Shown: positions 1-13,612 of the stretch, piece after piece | Position numbering within the stretch: position 1 is the first letter of the stretch | Layout of the letters: each line of letters begins with the position of its first letter | NCBI RefSeq assembly: GCF_006345805.1 | Contig: NC_042997.1 | Location: 180,606,001-180,670,000, forward strand | Source of the DNA: Octopus sinensis | Lineage: Eukaryota | Length of the DNA stretch: 64,000 nucleotides | Direction of reading: 5' to 3' | Notes under the pieces: generated by a model | What the model saw: the letters and a program-made list of their open reading frames with translations, nothing else | The model's database searches: none | Told to the model about the DNA's origin: nothing | Position numbers and translations under genes: made by a program

Positions 1-236
1 ATCGACGTTTCTTAGACTTTACAAATTATTTTACCACTCATTTCTTAGATTGCAATTATTTTTTACTTTCATTATGGAAAATTGAAAATAAATAATCTGG
101 TAGCTATCGGATACTACAGGTAATGTATTTCCCTATACAACACTTGTTGTATAGAGACAAAGACAGACAGACAGATAGACCTGGGCCAAATACACACATG
201 TTTCTTAGTCTTGCTGTCTCTCCCTCTTTCTCTATT

Positions 237-238
<2 letters not shown>

Positions 239-315
<77 letters not shown>
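239..315. repeat. (CT)n microsatellite
   Basis: Direct read of the sequence. Confidence 0.97.
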
Positions 316-319
<4 letters not shown>

Positions 320-1819
320 GCGTTGTTATTTGACGTTGTTGAAATGCTGATCACTATAATAAAAAACCTTGGTCTTTCACCTACTAAGCCAATAAAAACT
401 GGAGACAAAATTCTGTACCAAAAACAAGACGTGCGCGCGTACACAGACACACACACAGAAGTCTGTGCGCGTGTATGTATGTGCGTGTATCTATCTATGT
501 ACAGAGGGGTATAAAAATATATACCGTTAGTGTTTTATGTGTTGTATTTTAGAATCACAGCAAAGTGTTGTAATGATTCTAAAGTACAAGCTGTAAGGTA
601 CTATGTTTGATTTTTGCAGGCAATTATGGTACGTAGACCATGAATTTTGATTGAAGAGATGGGGCCGCGAAGCAAAAAGTTGCATGGGGGCTCTTTAAAA
701 GACATCCGACGGCCCTAAGCCCACCTTCACTGCACATACTGAAAAATACGCACAACTAACAAAGCGTGGCATTGAATATACTTATATTTTTCTATGCCAT
801 TGATACATGAAGGCAGCGATTTTTTGCTTAGCGCAAAGAATGAACAACTTTAACGGCATAATTTCACTCACAAAACCGAGTGCTGGTGGATAAGGAGAAG
901 GCAATGAAGATGATGTCTTATAAGTCACTAGCCAATATATTAATTTCTACGTTGAGTATATACGGACAATAAAAATGTAGTGCCGGTTTCTTGCAGTAAA
1001 CATATCCAATTTTCATGTCATTTCCAGTCCGAGGATAGCATGTAGATCATAAAATCTTTCTGTTAGTTTACTCTGGCGCATGAAGTTTACTCTGTTAGTT
1101 TATTCTGGGTATCAGCGCATGAAGAAAATGTATGATCTACAAATTGCATAGAGATCCAACTATATGCAATATATTACAATATAGCAAATATTAGAGAGTC
1201 TTCAAATGGCTTTCAATAGGGAAGTAAGCTTTTAACTCCTCAGTTATGATAAAGAGGATCATAATATGGAGATGTTTTCATTAAAAGTGCACACCTGCAT
1301 GATGATCTGGAGACGTTTGCATTAGGGTTAAGTCCTGTTTGGCGTGTGAAAAATCGTTTTAGAGTAACGACCCTATCGTCAGTTTACGCTTGATCGTTTG
1401 AAGAACCATATAGTATATGCACGCACATTTTGTTACGTGTGCCTAGCTGAGCATGTTTAGGGCGACACATTACAAGTCAAGAACTACCTTAAACGGTATA
1501 ACATTTGAGTTATTTCAAAGTGATAAAATCTTATTTGCAACGTACTGCTTGAGAGCAAGAAGCTACAAATAAATTGCAATCGAATGGCTGAAAGAGCCAT
1601 ATCATCCGTAATTCCATATGTTCTTCTTTAAAGCGATTGTATATAATAAGTCACGAACGAGCTTTATCACAATGTTACACAACTGTTTGAATATTTGTTT
1701 TTATTATTATTTTTATTATTATTGTCTCCTGCATCAAAAATAATGAAAATATCTCTCCACTCATTGTTAGTTATTTTCATTCTATAGGTAGCATGTATAT
1801 ACGTACATATATAACTTAT

Positions 1820-1874
<55 letters not shown>

Positions 1875-1894
1875 ATATATTATATATATATATA

Positions 1895-2143
1895 TACAAA
1901 TTAAGGACTGAACACGAAAAGTGGACAGTCAACATGCTAGATATAGACGTCAAATCGCCATTCTCCACAAAGAGTATGTTCTCAAATAAATTATTTTATT
2001 TCGTATATTTTCATTTGTCTTGTTTAATGCTTTGGTTTTGTGCTGAGTTTTATTTGAGAACATACTTATGTGGAGAATGGCGATTTGACGTCTATATTTA
2101 GCATGTTGACTGTCCACTTTTCGTGTTCAGTCCTTAATTTGTA
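1895..2143. repeat. Inverted repeat (~96-bp arms, ~57-bp spacer) abutting (TA)n; probable Penelope pLTR-derived fold-back
   Basis: 1895-1990 is the reverse complement of 2048-2143 with about 3 differences. Penelope origin is inferred from similar structures at 41 kb and 58 kb. Confidence 0.85.
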
Positions 2144-2215
2144 TGTAAAATATTTTAATCTTCGGATTCTTTTTAATATGCTAGACCACTGGTTTTAATT
2201 GACTAATATCAATTT

Positions 2216-2275
<60 letters not shown>

Positions 2276-2349
2276 TATTTAGAGCTTGTTAATGTTAACA
2301 ATAACTCCCAATAATATACAGATCGAAAGATGTAGTGCTTGTTCTGAGT

Positions 2350-2570
2350 TATATTCAAAATAATTATATATTCACGGAGGCAACACAAGCGGAGTCTAAA
2401 AGAACATATAAATATATATTTTCTTCATAACATTTTTATTATTATTTTTATTTCCATTTTATAAAGAATATACATATTTATATAAGTTTAGAATGTGTAT
2501 TTTAATTATGTTCTTTTAGACACCTCATGTGTTGCCTCCATATAAATAATATTATTTCGTATATACGTAT
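2350..2570. repeat. Older degenerate inverted repeat
   Basis: ggaggcaacac...tctaaaagaacata (2376-2408) mirrors tatgttcttttaga...gtgttgcctcc (2507-2539). Confidence 0.7.
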
Positions 2571-2625
2571 AGGTATAGATATATATGTGTGTGTGTGTAT
2601 GTGTGTGTGCGTGCGTGTGTGTGTG

Positions 2626-2678
<53 letters not shown>

Positions 2679-2821
2679 GAGATTTCTCAATTAGTTCTAT
2701 GCCGATTCATAATACAAACTTAAATGTCATTTAATCATTGCTTAATTGCATGTGCATATCAAAATGAGATATATATATGTACATAGGTGCATGCATGTTT
2801 GTGACATTTTATGTATCTCAC

Positions 2822-2859
2822 TCAGAGGACCTCGGGAACATTGCTAAGTTCATATAGGT
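2822..2859 (-). CDS. Candidate coding exon (38 nt, phase 0 to 2), TYMNLAMFPRSS(D/E)
   Basis: Acceptor ctttttattactatatag, donor GA|gtgaga. Phase-compatible with the exon at 3181-3255. Confidence 0.4.
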
Positions 2860-3180
2860 CTATATAGTAATAAAAAGCACTTGCCAAAGAGATAAACATT
2901 TCATGTTCATATGGAAAGTTGAAGCATTGCCTAGAGTTCATTATTGATTGCAGGTTTCAACCAGTCCACTTCTAGTTTACGAGTGGCTGATGATTTAAAA
3001 GTTTGACGTAATATCTAAATATTTCAGACTGAATGTGTCTATTTCCCTCCGTTTGTTAAATTTACATAAGCATAAAATCAAAGCGCCAACTCCACAGGTC
3101 GGATTTTACCGTTCTGCATTTTTACTCAGATATCCGAAACTAGCCAGAACTTCATATGAACTTATCATAATTCAACTTAC

Positions 3181-3255
3181 CTCATGGAATTCGTACATAT
3201 TCCAGAAACATTTAAACAGCTTCTTTATCGATGCAGGTACAAAATCACTAGAGCC
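3181..3255 (-). CDS. Candidate coding exon (75 nt, phase 0 to 0), GSSDFVPASIKKLFKCFWNMYEFHE
   Basis: Strong acceptor ttacttatttcag and donor GAG|gtaagt. Only one frame is open. Confidence 0.55.
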
Positions 3256-3535
3256 CTGAAATAAGTAACTTCCATTCTGTTCGGCTTTCTACATTATTTT
3301 TGACATTTTGACAAATTTTTTCAAAGCCGGCCTGATAAGCTTTGTTTGAACATTTCTGCTTAACGCAAGCTTTTATACTATCAAATCCCATTGATTATAT
3401 ATTTTTAATCTTACACTTTCCTCCTGGATTCAGTAGTCGTGATCCTGTGGTTACGCTGAAACAAAGCCATCAAGGACTTTTGTTAATTATATGGTATCTT
3501 TTAATCCATCCAACCAATGGCTTCTATCTTTTATG

Positions 3536-3722
3536 AATCGCCATGATAGATCACTAGCCACTACAAACATTTTTCTCTCCTTGTTTCTTTCTCTGTTCCT
3601 TTATGTGGAAAAGCGTAGGTTCGAAACGTTAAAGACTTTTTCAATTCCCGATCGTTATACTAAAACATCTGTTTGTTTTCTACTCCATCTGTCTTCGTCT
3701 TTTGTTTTTTGTGAATTCTCAC
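3536..3722 (+). mobile_element. Penelope pLTR-like short repeat with a degenerate hammerhead-like motif; same family as 26300-26495
   Basis: Clear reverse-complement similarity to 26300-26495. The 3' end abuts (TA)n. Confidence 0.65.
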
Positions 3723-3727
3723 TATAT

Positions 3728-3769
<42 letters not shown>

Positions 3770-5351
3770 CATACATATGTATACATATATATATATACAT
3801 ACATATATATATATATTTATGTTTGCATGTATATATGTATGCATATATATGCATGCATATATGTATGTGTGTGTGTGTTCGAGAGTGTGTGTATATTTAT
3901 ACGGCCTAAGTTCGTGTAAGGTGTGATTATCTATATCACATTCTATTCAAAACATGTTGGTCAACCTAACATATTAAAATACAATCATTTAAGCCACCAT
4001 GTTCAGAGACTGAACCATGAGAGACGTGATTTCAATGAAAACCTCGTAACTACACGGCGACTCATTTTAAACAATTCATATGGGAAAGTTAGCAGAACAT
4101 TTAATTGCATTGGAATAAATGCTTTACAATATTAAACTTGTGTGACTGTGCTCTATGTATATTCTATGCCGTTTCATCCCAGCGTCTAAGTGCTTTCGGC
4201 TCGTTTTGTCAAATTAAGCATAAAGAACTTAATAGAGTAGATCCATATACTGTAAATATTACATGTTTTTGAAGTATGGATTTGTTTACCAAAATAAAAA
4301 GAATTAATACTTCAAAAAATTGCCTAAATTTTACGGTTTGTTATTACGTGGACAGTAAACACGAGAAGAGGTTAAATGCTGAAGTACAATTGGGAGAAAA
4401 AAAACCACGTCTTTACTCCGCTCCCCTGCACGTAATTCATTTGCATTCGCAATAGAGCACTGATACACGATTAATTTGTTCACTATTATAAAGCTGAAAT
4501 TTATGGAAGCTTACCGGTTTATTTGTAAAGTGGAAGGCTTTCCAACGCATTAGTGATTGTCTGTAAAAATACTTCACAAAAAAAAAAAAATTATGTGGAC
4601 TTCAAGGACTTAAATCACATTTACAAATGAATTATTGCGATGCTTAAAGGTCGTTTACACGAAGTACACCCGAGAGATATCCAAAACCTGATCACTATCA
4701 TGTATTATTATATCATAATGTATCGATGAAAGTCGATTTTAATAATAAATGCACCCGTCATTACGCATCAAGAATTAAGATTACAAATTTGTGCATGAAA
4801 TCGTTATAACAAGCTTCAGGACCAGTAATAACTGAATGAGGTTGATTTGTATAGAATGAAACAGATAACGATGATGATGATGATGAGAATGCTGCTTTTT
4901 ATTCATTTTGGGTGTCGACCCGAGATAAATACCAGTGTCCTTTATACTTATGTTTATGCATGAGTTCATTTTTCACATGCCTGTCTGTTGATGAGAGGTC
5001 TTAACAGTGAATTATAGGTGGGGAAATTACTATAATGACAAGGGCACGGAATTTGCCAGAGGAATAAATTAATCTTTTTAAAGCTTGTGCATTTTACTAC
5101 TACTACTACTACTACTACCAGCACCACCACCGCCGCCACCACCACCGCCACCTCCACTACTGCCGCCTCTGCCGCCGAACCACCTCACTGCCGCCGCCGC
5201 CACTACTACTAATACAAGTACTACTACTATCACCACCATCACTCTTTTTATTGTGTTCATATTGTTTCTCACTACTAGTTACCACGAATTTGCACTCTGG
5301 CATCTCAGATTATAATTCTTCGTTGCATCCAATAAACATAATTTCTCTTAC

Positions 5352-5506
5352 TTGACCGCCGTTTGTTCTCAAAATTTTTGTCACTTGATCCAAGGCATTA
5401 CTACCACTGCAACTACTGCTGCTACTGCTGTTGCTGCTACTATCGCCTCGTCTACTCCATTCCTCCACCGCTGCTTCTTCTGAAGCGTATCGATACCAAA
5501 TCCTGC
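5352..5506 (-). CDS. Candidate coding exon (155 nt, phase 1 to 0), (G)RIWYRYASEEAAVEEWSRRGDSSSNSSSSSSCSGSNALDQVTKILRTNGGQ
   Basis: Acceptor tttgcttag, donor CAA|gtaaga. The frame stays open through an AGC/AGT repeat and is phase-compatible with 3181-3255. Confidence 0.5.
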
Positions 5507-6063
5507 CTAAGCAAACTTTGTCATTCATCCCTCTGGGATTAAGAAGTTAAAATCAATTACTAGTGTTGATTTAATTGAATAATCCTTATTCGAAACTTAC
5601 TGGTATCGTGATTTAATTAGAAGCAATTAATAAAAGTGGTAGACTGACAGAATATCATGAGCGTCGGAAAATTGCTTTGCATTATATGTTCCAGTTCTAT
5701 ATATTTTGAATTCAAACCCCATAGTAGTCAACTTTGCTATTCGTCTGTCCGAGGCCTTCCACACTCAATTTTCAGGCCTTATATCTGTCAAAAATTGTTG
5801 AAAGATATGAACTGGAAAACATCTTGCTCGAACAAAATGCTTGTCAGTATTTCTACTGATTTTTTTTTTTTTATTTCTAAGTTAAAATCCTGTCGACGTC
5901 AAATTTAATCTTTAACTTTACAGAGCCCAGTCAAGTACTAGATTTTATAGTATCTTCTAAATTATTTCCACTTAAAACTGCTGGAATTGTGTTTAAATCA
6001 TAAACAATTATATAAGGCCGGATCGTTAAGGAGTCGGAAAATTTTTCAACGTTTATTTTAGCT

Positions 6064-6402
6064 AGGGAGGTGAGCTGGCAAAATTGTTTGCACGCCAAGC
6101 AAAGTGCTTCGCGGCATTTCGTTCGCCTTTGTGTTATGAATTCAAATTTCGCCCAAGTCGACCTAGCATTTCATCCTTTCGGGGTATCACTTGTATAAAA
6201 ATTAGAAACCAATGTTTGTTCTAGCTAGAGCGGTGAGCTGATGAAATCGTTAGCACGCTAGGCAAAACGCTAAGCGGCATATCGTCTGTATTCAATTCTG
6301 AGTTCAAATTCCGCCGAGGTCTACGTTGCCTTTTACCCTTACGGAGTCGATAAAGTAAGTACCAGTGGAGCACCGGGGTCCAGGAAATCGACTTAACCCC
6401 TA

Positions 6403-6437
<35 letters not shown>

Positions 6438-6480
6438 TACTGGCCTTGTACCAAAATTTGTAACCAATATTTGCTCTGGC
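6064..6480 (+). mobile_element. Two tandem tRNA-derived SINEs (family A, Meta-domain-like core)
   Basis: Head ggcggtgagctg..., B-box-like gagttcaaattcc, core cctttcatcctttcggggtcgataaa-like; same family as 15853-16085. Confidence 0.85.
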
Positions 6481-7663
6481 CCTTTACATTCTCAAATCAA
6501 ATATAGTTGAGCTCACTATGCTTTACATTCCGCTACAGTTGATATCAAAAGTACTGAAGAGGGGACCTGTCCAAAATTTAAGGCCCTAAACTCTGGGGTT
6601 CAAATTTACAACCAGAGCTCCTCTCCCGAAAATTGTTAGCTCAGTATCTAATTTTATCTTGCTGTTCAGGCATTTGTTATTTATAAGGATCATGAGTTAT
6701 TTTGTTGTTGCTTCAGTAGTTTTATTTAACAGAGGGGTTTCCATTGCAAAATTACTTTATGTATAGGGAACATGAAATATTATCATCAGTAAGAACTAAG
6801 TTTGCAATGTTTAGCAGTGTTATTTTGTGTGTTCTGTATATCTGAAATTCCTAGGTTATATTCCATTTAATCAGTTTTACAAGGGAATTATATTTCTGCA
6901 TACCGTGCATTTATTATGTTTATCATTATTTCAAGGTCACTGTAGTTTGATAGTTTCTGTATTTCGCTTAGAAATATATTATTGTTTGTTGGAGTAAATG
7001 CATCAACAACGAAGTATGTATCTTTTGTGATCTTAAGACAATTCGCTTTATGCATTAGGCTTTGAAGTGTCTGTGTATACGGATTGGATGCCCGAAATTA
7101 TGGTTAAGTTTTCGTTCACTGAGGTTTATGTCATGTGCGTACCACCAATTCTTGATGGATATTTTGTTGTATATTCTCAGTCAAACTTGACTGGACAGAC
7201 CAATGATGAAAGGTATCCTAATCAAGATGAACAAGTTTTTAAAGCTATGTAGAACTGCATTATCTTGAAGTGATGTACCACGTCATTTGTATACCACTCA
7301 GGTTTGAGTGTTTGGCAACTGTTTATGCCACACACGAGCAACTACGTACTAAAATGTCCTCTAATGAGTATTTGACATCCCTCTGTATTTAAGCTTTAAC
7401 TCACTATATGTTCTCTTTTAGCAACAAGAGTGCAGCACAAAATATGATCAGTTGTTTCTATACACCCTCCACCTAATATGCGGTTTCATTATTCTATTGT
7501 GCTTTACTATGTTTCTAGTATTTGATAAGAAGGATTTATTTTAGTGCTGCATTACGCGCTTTCGAAACGTTTATTATTTTTTTTAGGTTTGAATACTTAT
7601 GTAGAGTAATGTTGATATACCGTTTATCTAGCTATAATCTTTGTTCAATATTGTGTAATCGCT

Positions 7664-8120
7664 CAAGGTGATGAGCTGCCAAAATCGTTAGCAAGACGAG
7701 CAAAAATGCTCAGCAGCATTTCGTCTGTCTTAACGTTCTGTGTTCAAATTCCAGCGAGGTCATCTTTGCCTTTCATCCTTTCTAAGTTGATGAAATAAGT
7801 ATATGCTGAACACTGGAATCAATGTAATCGATTTACCCCTTAAACTGAAATCACTGGCCTTGTGCGAAAATTTAAAACCAACATTTTGTAATCGTTTGAA
7901 GCAGTAAGGTGTCAGAATCGTTAGCACGCCGCAAAAATCACTTAGCGACCTCTCGTCCGTATTTACGTTCTGAGTTCAAATTCCGCCGAGGTCAGCTCTG
8001 CCTTTCATCATTTCGGGGTCGATAAAATAATTACCAGTTTATTACTGGTATCTATGTAATCGATTTACGCCTTCCTCCGATATTGCTGCCCTTATGCAAA
8101 ATGCGAAACCAATATTCTGT
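7664..8120 (+). mobile_element. Two tandem degenerate family A SINEs
   Basis: Same head and core as 15853-16085. Confidence 0.85.
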
Positions 8121-10530
8121 AATCGCTCATTCATTTCAGGTTGTAATATATTGTTTTTTGTCTTTTTCTTAAGTATTACTCTTTCCTATTTACACCTACT
8201 TACCCCTGTCTCGCTGTCTCAGCATCATAATTTGTCAAGTTACTTGAAAGCAATAGTTTTTATGTAGCAGTTCCCCATTTAATATAGAAAGTACTAAGCC
8301 ACGCATCTCGAATTTGTCTTTACTAATGTGTAGTTTCACGTGTAAACATGGATGCTGACATTAGATGGACGTTTACTGATCCTGTACGTGCTTTGCCAAT
8401 TTCAGAGAAAGGGGTCACACAGGGAAGATAAAATGACGGTCTTATACAAAGTGCTTTATAAACCATTATGTACTGCTAAAAAGACAAGATAAACATGGAT
8501 TTGCAACAATTATTTCTGAATCGTGATACTTTGTTGGTTTGTAGCAGACGTTTTATGTTTGCAAGAACGTATTGTGTTGAAAGAGATTCTGAAAATTCTA
8601 TTTCATCCACACAAACTCAAACGAAACTCAATTTATTGACAAAGAAAATTTTAATATAGTAAAAGATTGATAGCATATTTTATTGGAAGGAAAACTTGCA
8701 CCCAGTTCTAATCTGCAAATTTGGCCTACAGCAGAGAAACAGCTGGAAATAAATCATATTCAGTTGCCGTTCTGATTGACGCTACATATATTTTTAATTG
8801 TAGCAGATGGGTATTCAAAATGACCAGAAGTTTCCTAAATGCAAAAGCAAAAACAATATCATATATTATCAAACTTTTTGCACCCACGACGCATCGTACA
8901 CAACTTGCATCATCGAATTATTTAATTTTCTTCACGAAATGTAATTATGGTAAACATGTTGCAATACATATATATATATATATATATATGAGTAAGAAAG
9001 TAATTCCTGCTAACATTACAAAAAGTTGTACAGGTAGTTTCGAGATGCGGGAAAGAATGAAGAATATTTTAATATCCTGTGAAGTTTAGTCACGACAGAA
9101 ACAGTGAAAAAAGATACACCATTATAATACAAATGCTAATTACCCCTAGAATTACTGTGGGGCACTTTAGAGATACACCTAACAACCGTTAGGATAAATT
9201 TAGGCACAATTCATGTTCACAAATACGAAACAACCTCAAACATACACAAGACATGACAAAAGATTTTACGGTAAATCTCAGGTTCACAAATATCACTCGG
9301 AGAACTCGCTCAACCCGAATATACAACCAAGCAAAAATTATGTTGAATGCATGTAGCTGATTAAAGATTAAAGATCACATTTTTAAAGAATGACAGTTTC
9401 ATTTCAGTTTTATTTGATTGTATTGAATATTTAGTGTGCTTCCAACTTATCATTTCATTTAAGTCACATGACATTGTTTACATATACCGTAAATTTTTGT
9501 AAAAGGTAATTTCTAAACTTCCATTAAGTACCGATTGATATATTTGTTTTTATCTGTTGCTTTTGTCTGCTGAATTGACTATTCTTTATAAACATAACAA
9601 TTGTGCATTAGCAATATTGCTCTTGGTGGGGGTCTTAAAATGAATGTAAAAGGGGTATATCAGCGTGTAGCAAAATATATACTAACACTACACTACGACA
9701 TCAGGTGCTGTGTACTTTACAAACTATTAGTCCTCTTAGAAATATAAAATCACAAACACACACGAACATATGCACATGTACTCATCCTAAGGCTTTTATC
9801 ATTCGTTCCTATGAAATAAAATGAATGCATTGTAAATGTATCAGACAACCGAATATTTTTGTTTAGATATACCGTGAATTTACTTGGCACTAGAACATGG
9901 TTACATACATTTATATTGATTTTCATAAGTATGAAATGCAACGAAAGCTGTACCAGAAGTTTGAATATATAATGTTAACAAATGGGATTACAGAAATTTA
10001 GGATATTTCCTGCATTTCCTGCCACCTGTATTAGACAGATTTCAAATGCCCCCCCACACACACACACACTAACTAATGGTAAGACGCGTGAAGACAAAAT
10101 TTTAAAAGCACCACCATCAGCTAACAAATGATTTATTCATTTGGAATATTTTTCTTAATATTCTGCCATTAATATTCTTTAGCTATGACTAGAATTCAAC
10201 TCTCAGGCTTGATACTGAATTATTATGTTACATCGTACAGTAAGAACACGGTTTAAGGACACTCTTTCAGCAGTTGTTTCAATTTCTGTAGCTGGAGGAG
10301 AATGTAAAATATAAATTTCAGTTTTTTTCGCTTACAACTAAACATATTTCTTTTAAAAAGCGTCTATCAGTCCTGGAAACATTTGCTGTTTAACCTTTTT
10401 CGTTCTTCCATACATCTATAATGAATCAAGCTATTGTTTTCTTTCGATCTCAGTAATCAACCAGTATTTTGCAGTTTCCGAAAGGATCAGATACAAAACC
10501 GAAGTATACTGCAATACAAACATATATACA

Positions 10531-10710
10531 TATTTCAAAGAACCAGCCTTGTCACATTCTGTGACACGTTGAATCTCCCTGAGAACTACGTTACGGGTGC
10601 ACGTGTCTGTAGAGTGCTCAGCCAGCCACTTGCACGTTAATTTCACGAGCAAGCTGTTCCGTTGATTGTATCAGCTGGGACCCTTGTCGTTCTAACCGAC
10701 GGAGTGCTCC
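10531..10710 (+). mobile_element. 3' half of a family C SINE
   Basis: Matches the 3' part of the copy at 16390-16772. Confidence 0.85.
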
Positions 10711-11059
10711 TATATATATATATATATAAAATTATAATTTAGGGTAACTAAGAGATACCTCTCCGCTAATATTAGCAACAAAGACCTGACTCTAAAACCA
10801 CATTAAATATTCATACAGCACCAGGAGAGAAGACAAAAAGACAAAGCAAACTAGCAAAACAATTACTGGCTAATTCCAGATCCCGGATTTCTGACTTTGC
10901 ATAAGAAATGCTTTGCCTCATAAGCACATAAATACAAATATATATATAACATACGAATTCTTACATATACGAACGTATGCATACATATATATGCACGTAT
11001 GCACACGACCAGTTTAAATTGCCCATTTATACAAATATATATAAATTTATATATATATA

Positions 11060-12537
11060 AGCCACTTCATAGATATACTCTTCAAACCTTTATGCCCACA
11101 GATACCAAGCTACATAAGGGATGACATAGACTTCCTCACACACATTCCAAATACAGTCCCGAAAAACACCATACTTGCAAGCTTTGATGTCACAAATCTA
11201 TACACAAACATACCACACACCCTAGGTCTAGAAGCTATAAAACAATCAATAGAAAAATACAGAGAACTTATAGACGAACGCTTCAAGACAAACTTTATCA
11301 CCCAAGCCACCCAACTAATACTCGAAGAAAACACATTCTCATTCAACAACAAGACATACCGACAGATAAAAGGCACAGCTACGGGTACAAAATTCGCACC
11401 TTCATATGCCAACCTGGTGATGGGTTTCCTGGAGAAAAAACTATATGATGAAATAAGGAAATTCTTCGAACACGACTTCAGAGAAGACATCAAGAAAAAG
11501 TGGAAACGCTACCTCGATGACTGCTTCATCTTTTGGAACAGATCAGAAGAGGACCTACAAACATTCCACAACATCCTCAATACGCTGCACCCATCTATCA
11601 ATTTCCCTTCCTAGACATCAACATCAAAATACACAACTCCATCATCACAACAGACATCCACTACAAAAAAACTGAGACACATCAATACTTAAATTTCCAC
11701 TCCTGCCACCCATCCCACACAAAAAGAAACATCCCATATAGTATGGCACGACGAATATGTAGCATAGTAACTGATTCACAAATACGACTAATAAGACTAG
11801 ATGAACTCAAAAACTTCCTTCTAGAGCAAAAATACCCCCTTAAACTAATAGAAAATGGAATCACAAGAGCATTAAAACTAGACATCGCACAACTCAGGAC
11901 ACCCAAAACAAAAAACAAAGAAAACACTATCCCTTTTATAAACACACACAACCCTGGAGTTACCAACATCTTCCAAACCATACATTCAAACCTACCAATA
12001 GCCTTACAAAGCCCCAAAATGAAAAGCATATTAAACAAATATAGCATAAAAAACAGTAGACGACAGGACACAAACCTAAACAAATACCTAACAAGAGCGA
12101 AATTCTCTTCGGAAACTAAAACGGAATTCTTTGCAAAAGAGTGCGGAGATGGTAGATGTGAGATCTGCAGCAACCCCACCTACAAATACATAGAGGGTAA
12201 CAGAGAGATGAGATTTTAAAATGGTGACATATTCAAAGTAAATGCAGATATGAACAGCAAGACGCAGAACGTCATATACTGCATAACCTGCCCCACGTGC
12301 AAGGAGAATTACGTAGGTGAAACTGGTAATTCTTTCTGCCAGCGAGCCAGGATCCACCGACAACATATTCGGCAGGAAGAACTACGCAAAATACCACTAA
12401 GCACACACCTAGCTACATGTGGAGAAGGAAAATTTAAGATCTTTCCCTTCTACAAGTGTCCGAAGAACGACACCTCCTTCAGGAGGAATATGGAAAAACA
12501 TTTCATAGCTAAGTTCTCCCCCAAATTAAATGGCTGA
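11060..12537 (+). pseudogene. Penelope RT-GIY-YIG ORF broken by frameshifts near 11605 and 12215
   Basis: ORF-track segments 11417-11614, 11533-12219 and 12250-12537 plus an upstream open frame from 11060. Confidence 0.9.
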
Positions 12538-12606
12538 AACTTTACTCAACATACATTGAAGGACAAATCTTTCGATTTACAATATAATATAGTAGAACAT
12601 TTAATA

Positions 12607-12647
<41 letters not shown>

Positions 12648-12834
12648 TGTGTGTGTATATATATGTTACCTGTTATATACATTATATTGTTTTTGTAATT
12701 TACTTGATCTTTACTTGCCAATTGTCACTCTAATTTTAACCTTCCTATGATATGCAATTTTCAAGATGGTGTAATTTGTTTGTTCATTTTGATTCGATAG
12801 AAGGTGGGTTTTTTCTAATATTTCATGTGTAAGC

Positions 12835-12869
<35 letters not shown>

Positions 12870-12929
12870 CATTGAAGGACGCATCTTTCGATTTACAATC
12901 TAATATAGTAGAATATTTAGTATATGTCT

Positions 12930-12961
<32 letters not shown>

Positions 12962-13128
12962 CTGTGTAGGTATATATATATATTGCCTGTTATATACGTT
13001 ATATTATTATCTTTATAATTTACTTCCATCTTTACTTTTTAATTGTCACTTTAATTTTAACTTTCCTATGATATACAACTTTCAAGATGGTGTAATTTGG
13101 TTGTTCATTTTGAACCGATAAAAGGTTT
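11060..13128 (+). mobile_element. 5'-truncated Penelope-like retroelement (RT + GIY-YIG) with tandem 3' pLTR-like repeats
   Basis: Translations SFDVTNLYTNIP, QIKGTATGTKFAPSYANLVMG, RYLDDCF, PFLDI and VIYCITCPTCKENYVGETG. Direct repeats at ~12553-12805 and ~12869-13128. Starts right after (TA)n. Confidence 0.93.
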
Positions 13129-13576
13129 TTATATGTAGTGGTATAAATATCAACACACAAAAAATTTTTTTCTCTCCATTTCCTCCCTTATTTTTATTTT
13201 TATTTTTTTTTATTTTTATTTTTATTTTTATTTTTATTTTTATTTTCCCTTTTTCTCTTTTTGCCTCTCTCCCCTTCTCCAAACACACAGAGACACACAC
13301 ACACACACAAACACAAACACATACGGACACACAGAGACACACACACACACCTCCACAAAACGATCTACTTTGACCCCAAATGGCATTTGACCATCCTCAA
13401 AATCATAAAAGGTGTAATTTATGGCCTGCCTACCCATCAACACACACTCAGTGACACCAAAATGGACAGAAAGCTAAAATTCTTAGAACTCCCTAGGGGG
13501 TCCAGCAGGCCAAAGGAAATCCTTCTTCTTCTTCTTCCCTCTCCCTTCCCCTCTTTCTCTTTAGCCTCAGATACAA

Positions 13577-13612
<36 letters not shown>

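Noticed and set aside
870-944. Minus-strand exon candidate KLIYWLVTYKTSSSLPSPYPPALGF
   Set aside because: Plausible splice sites, but its phase-0 start does not follow the phase-2 end at 2822 and no bridging exon was found. Not supported enough to list.
1041-1141. 11-bp inverted repeat with an internal duplication as a miRNA hairpin
   Set aside because: Pairing is too short and the interior does not fold into a long stem.
2040-2090. TTGAGAA in the 2-kb hairpin as a U3:A8 core
   Set aside because: The downstream GAAAC/GUH elements are missing.
12865-12905. Antisense GATT-gta-AATC GAAA...GTC in the Penelope repeat
   Set aside because: There is no CUGANGA/UUGANAA core or helix I.
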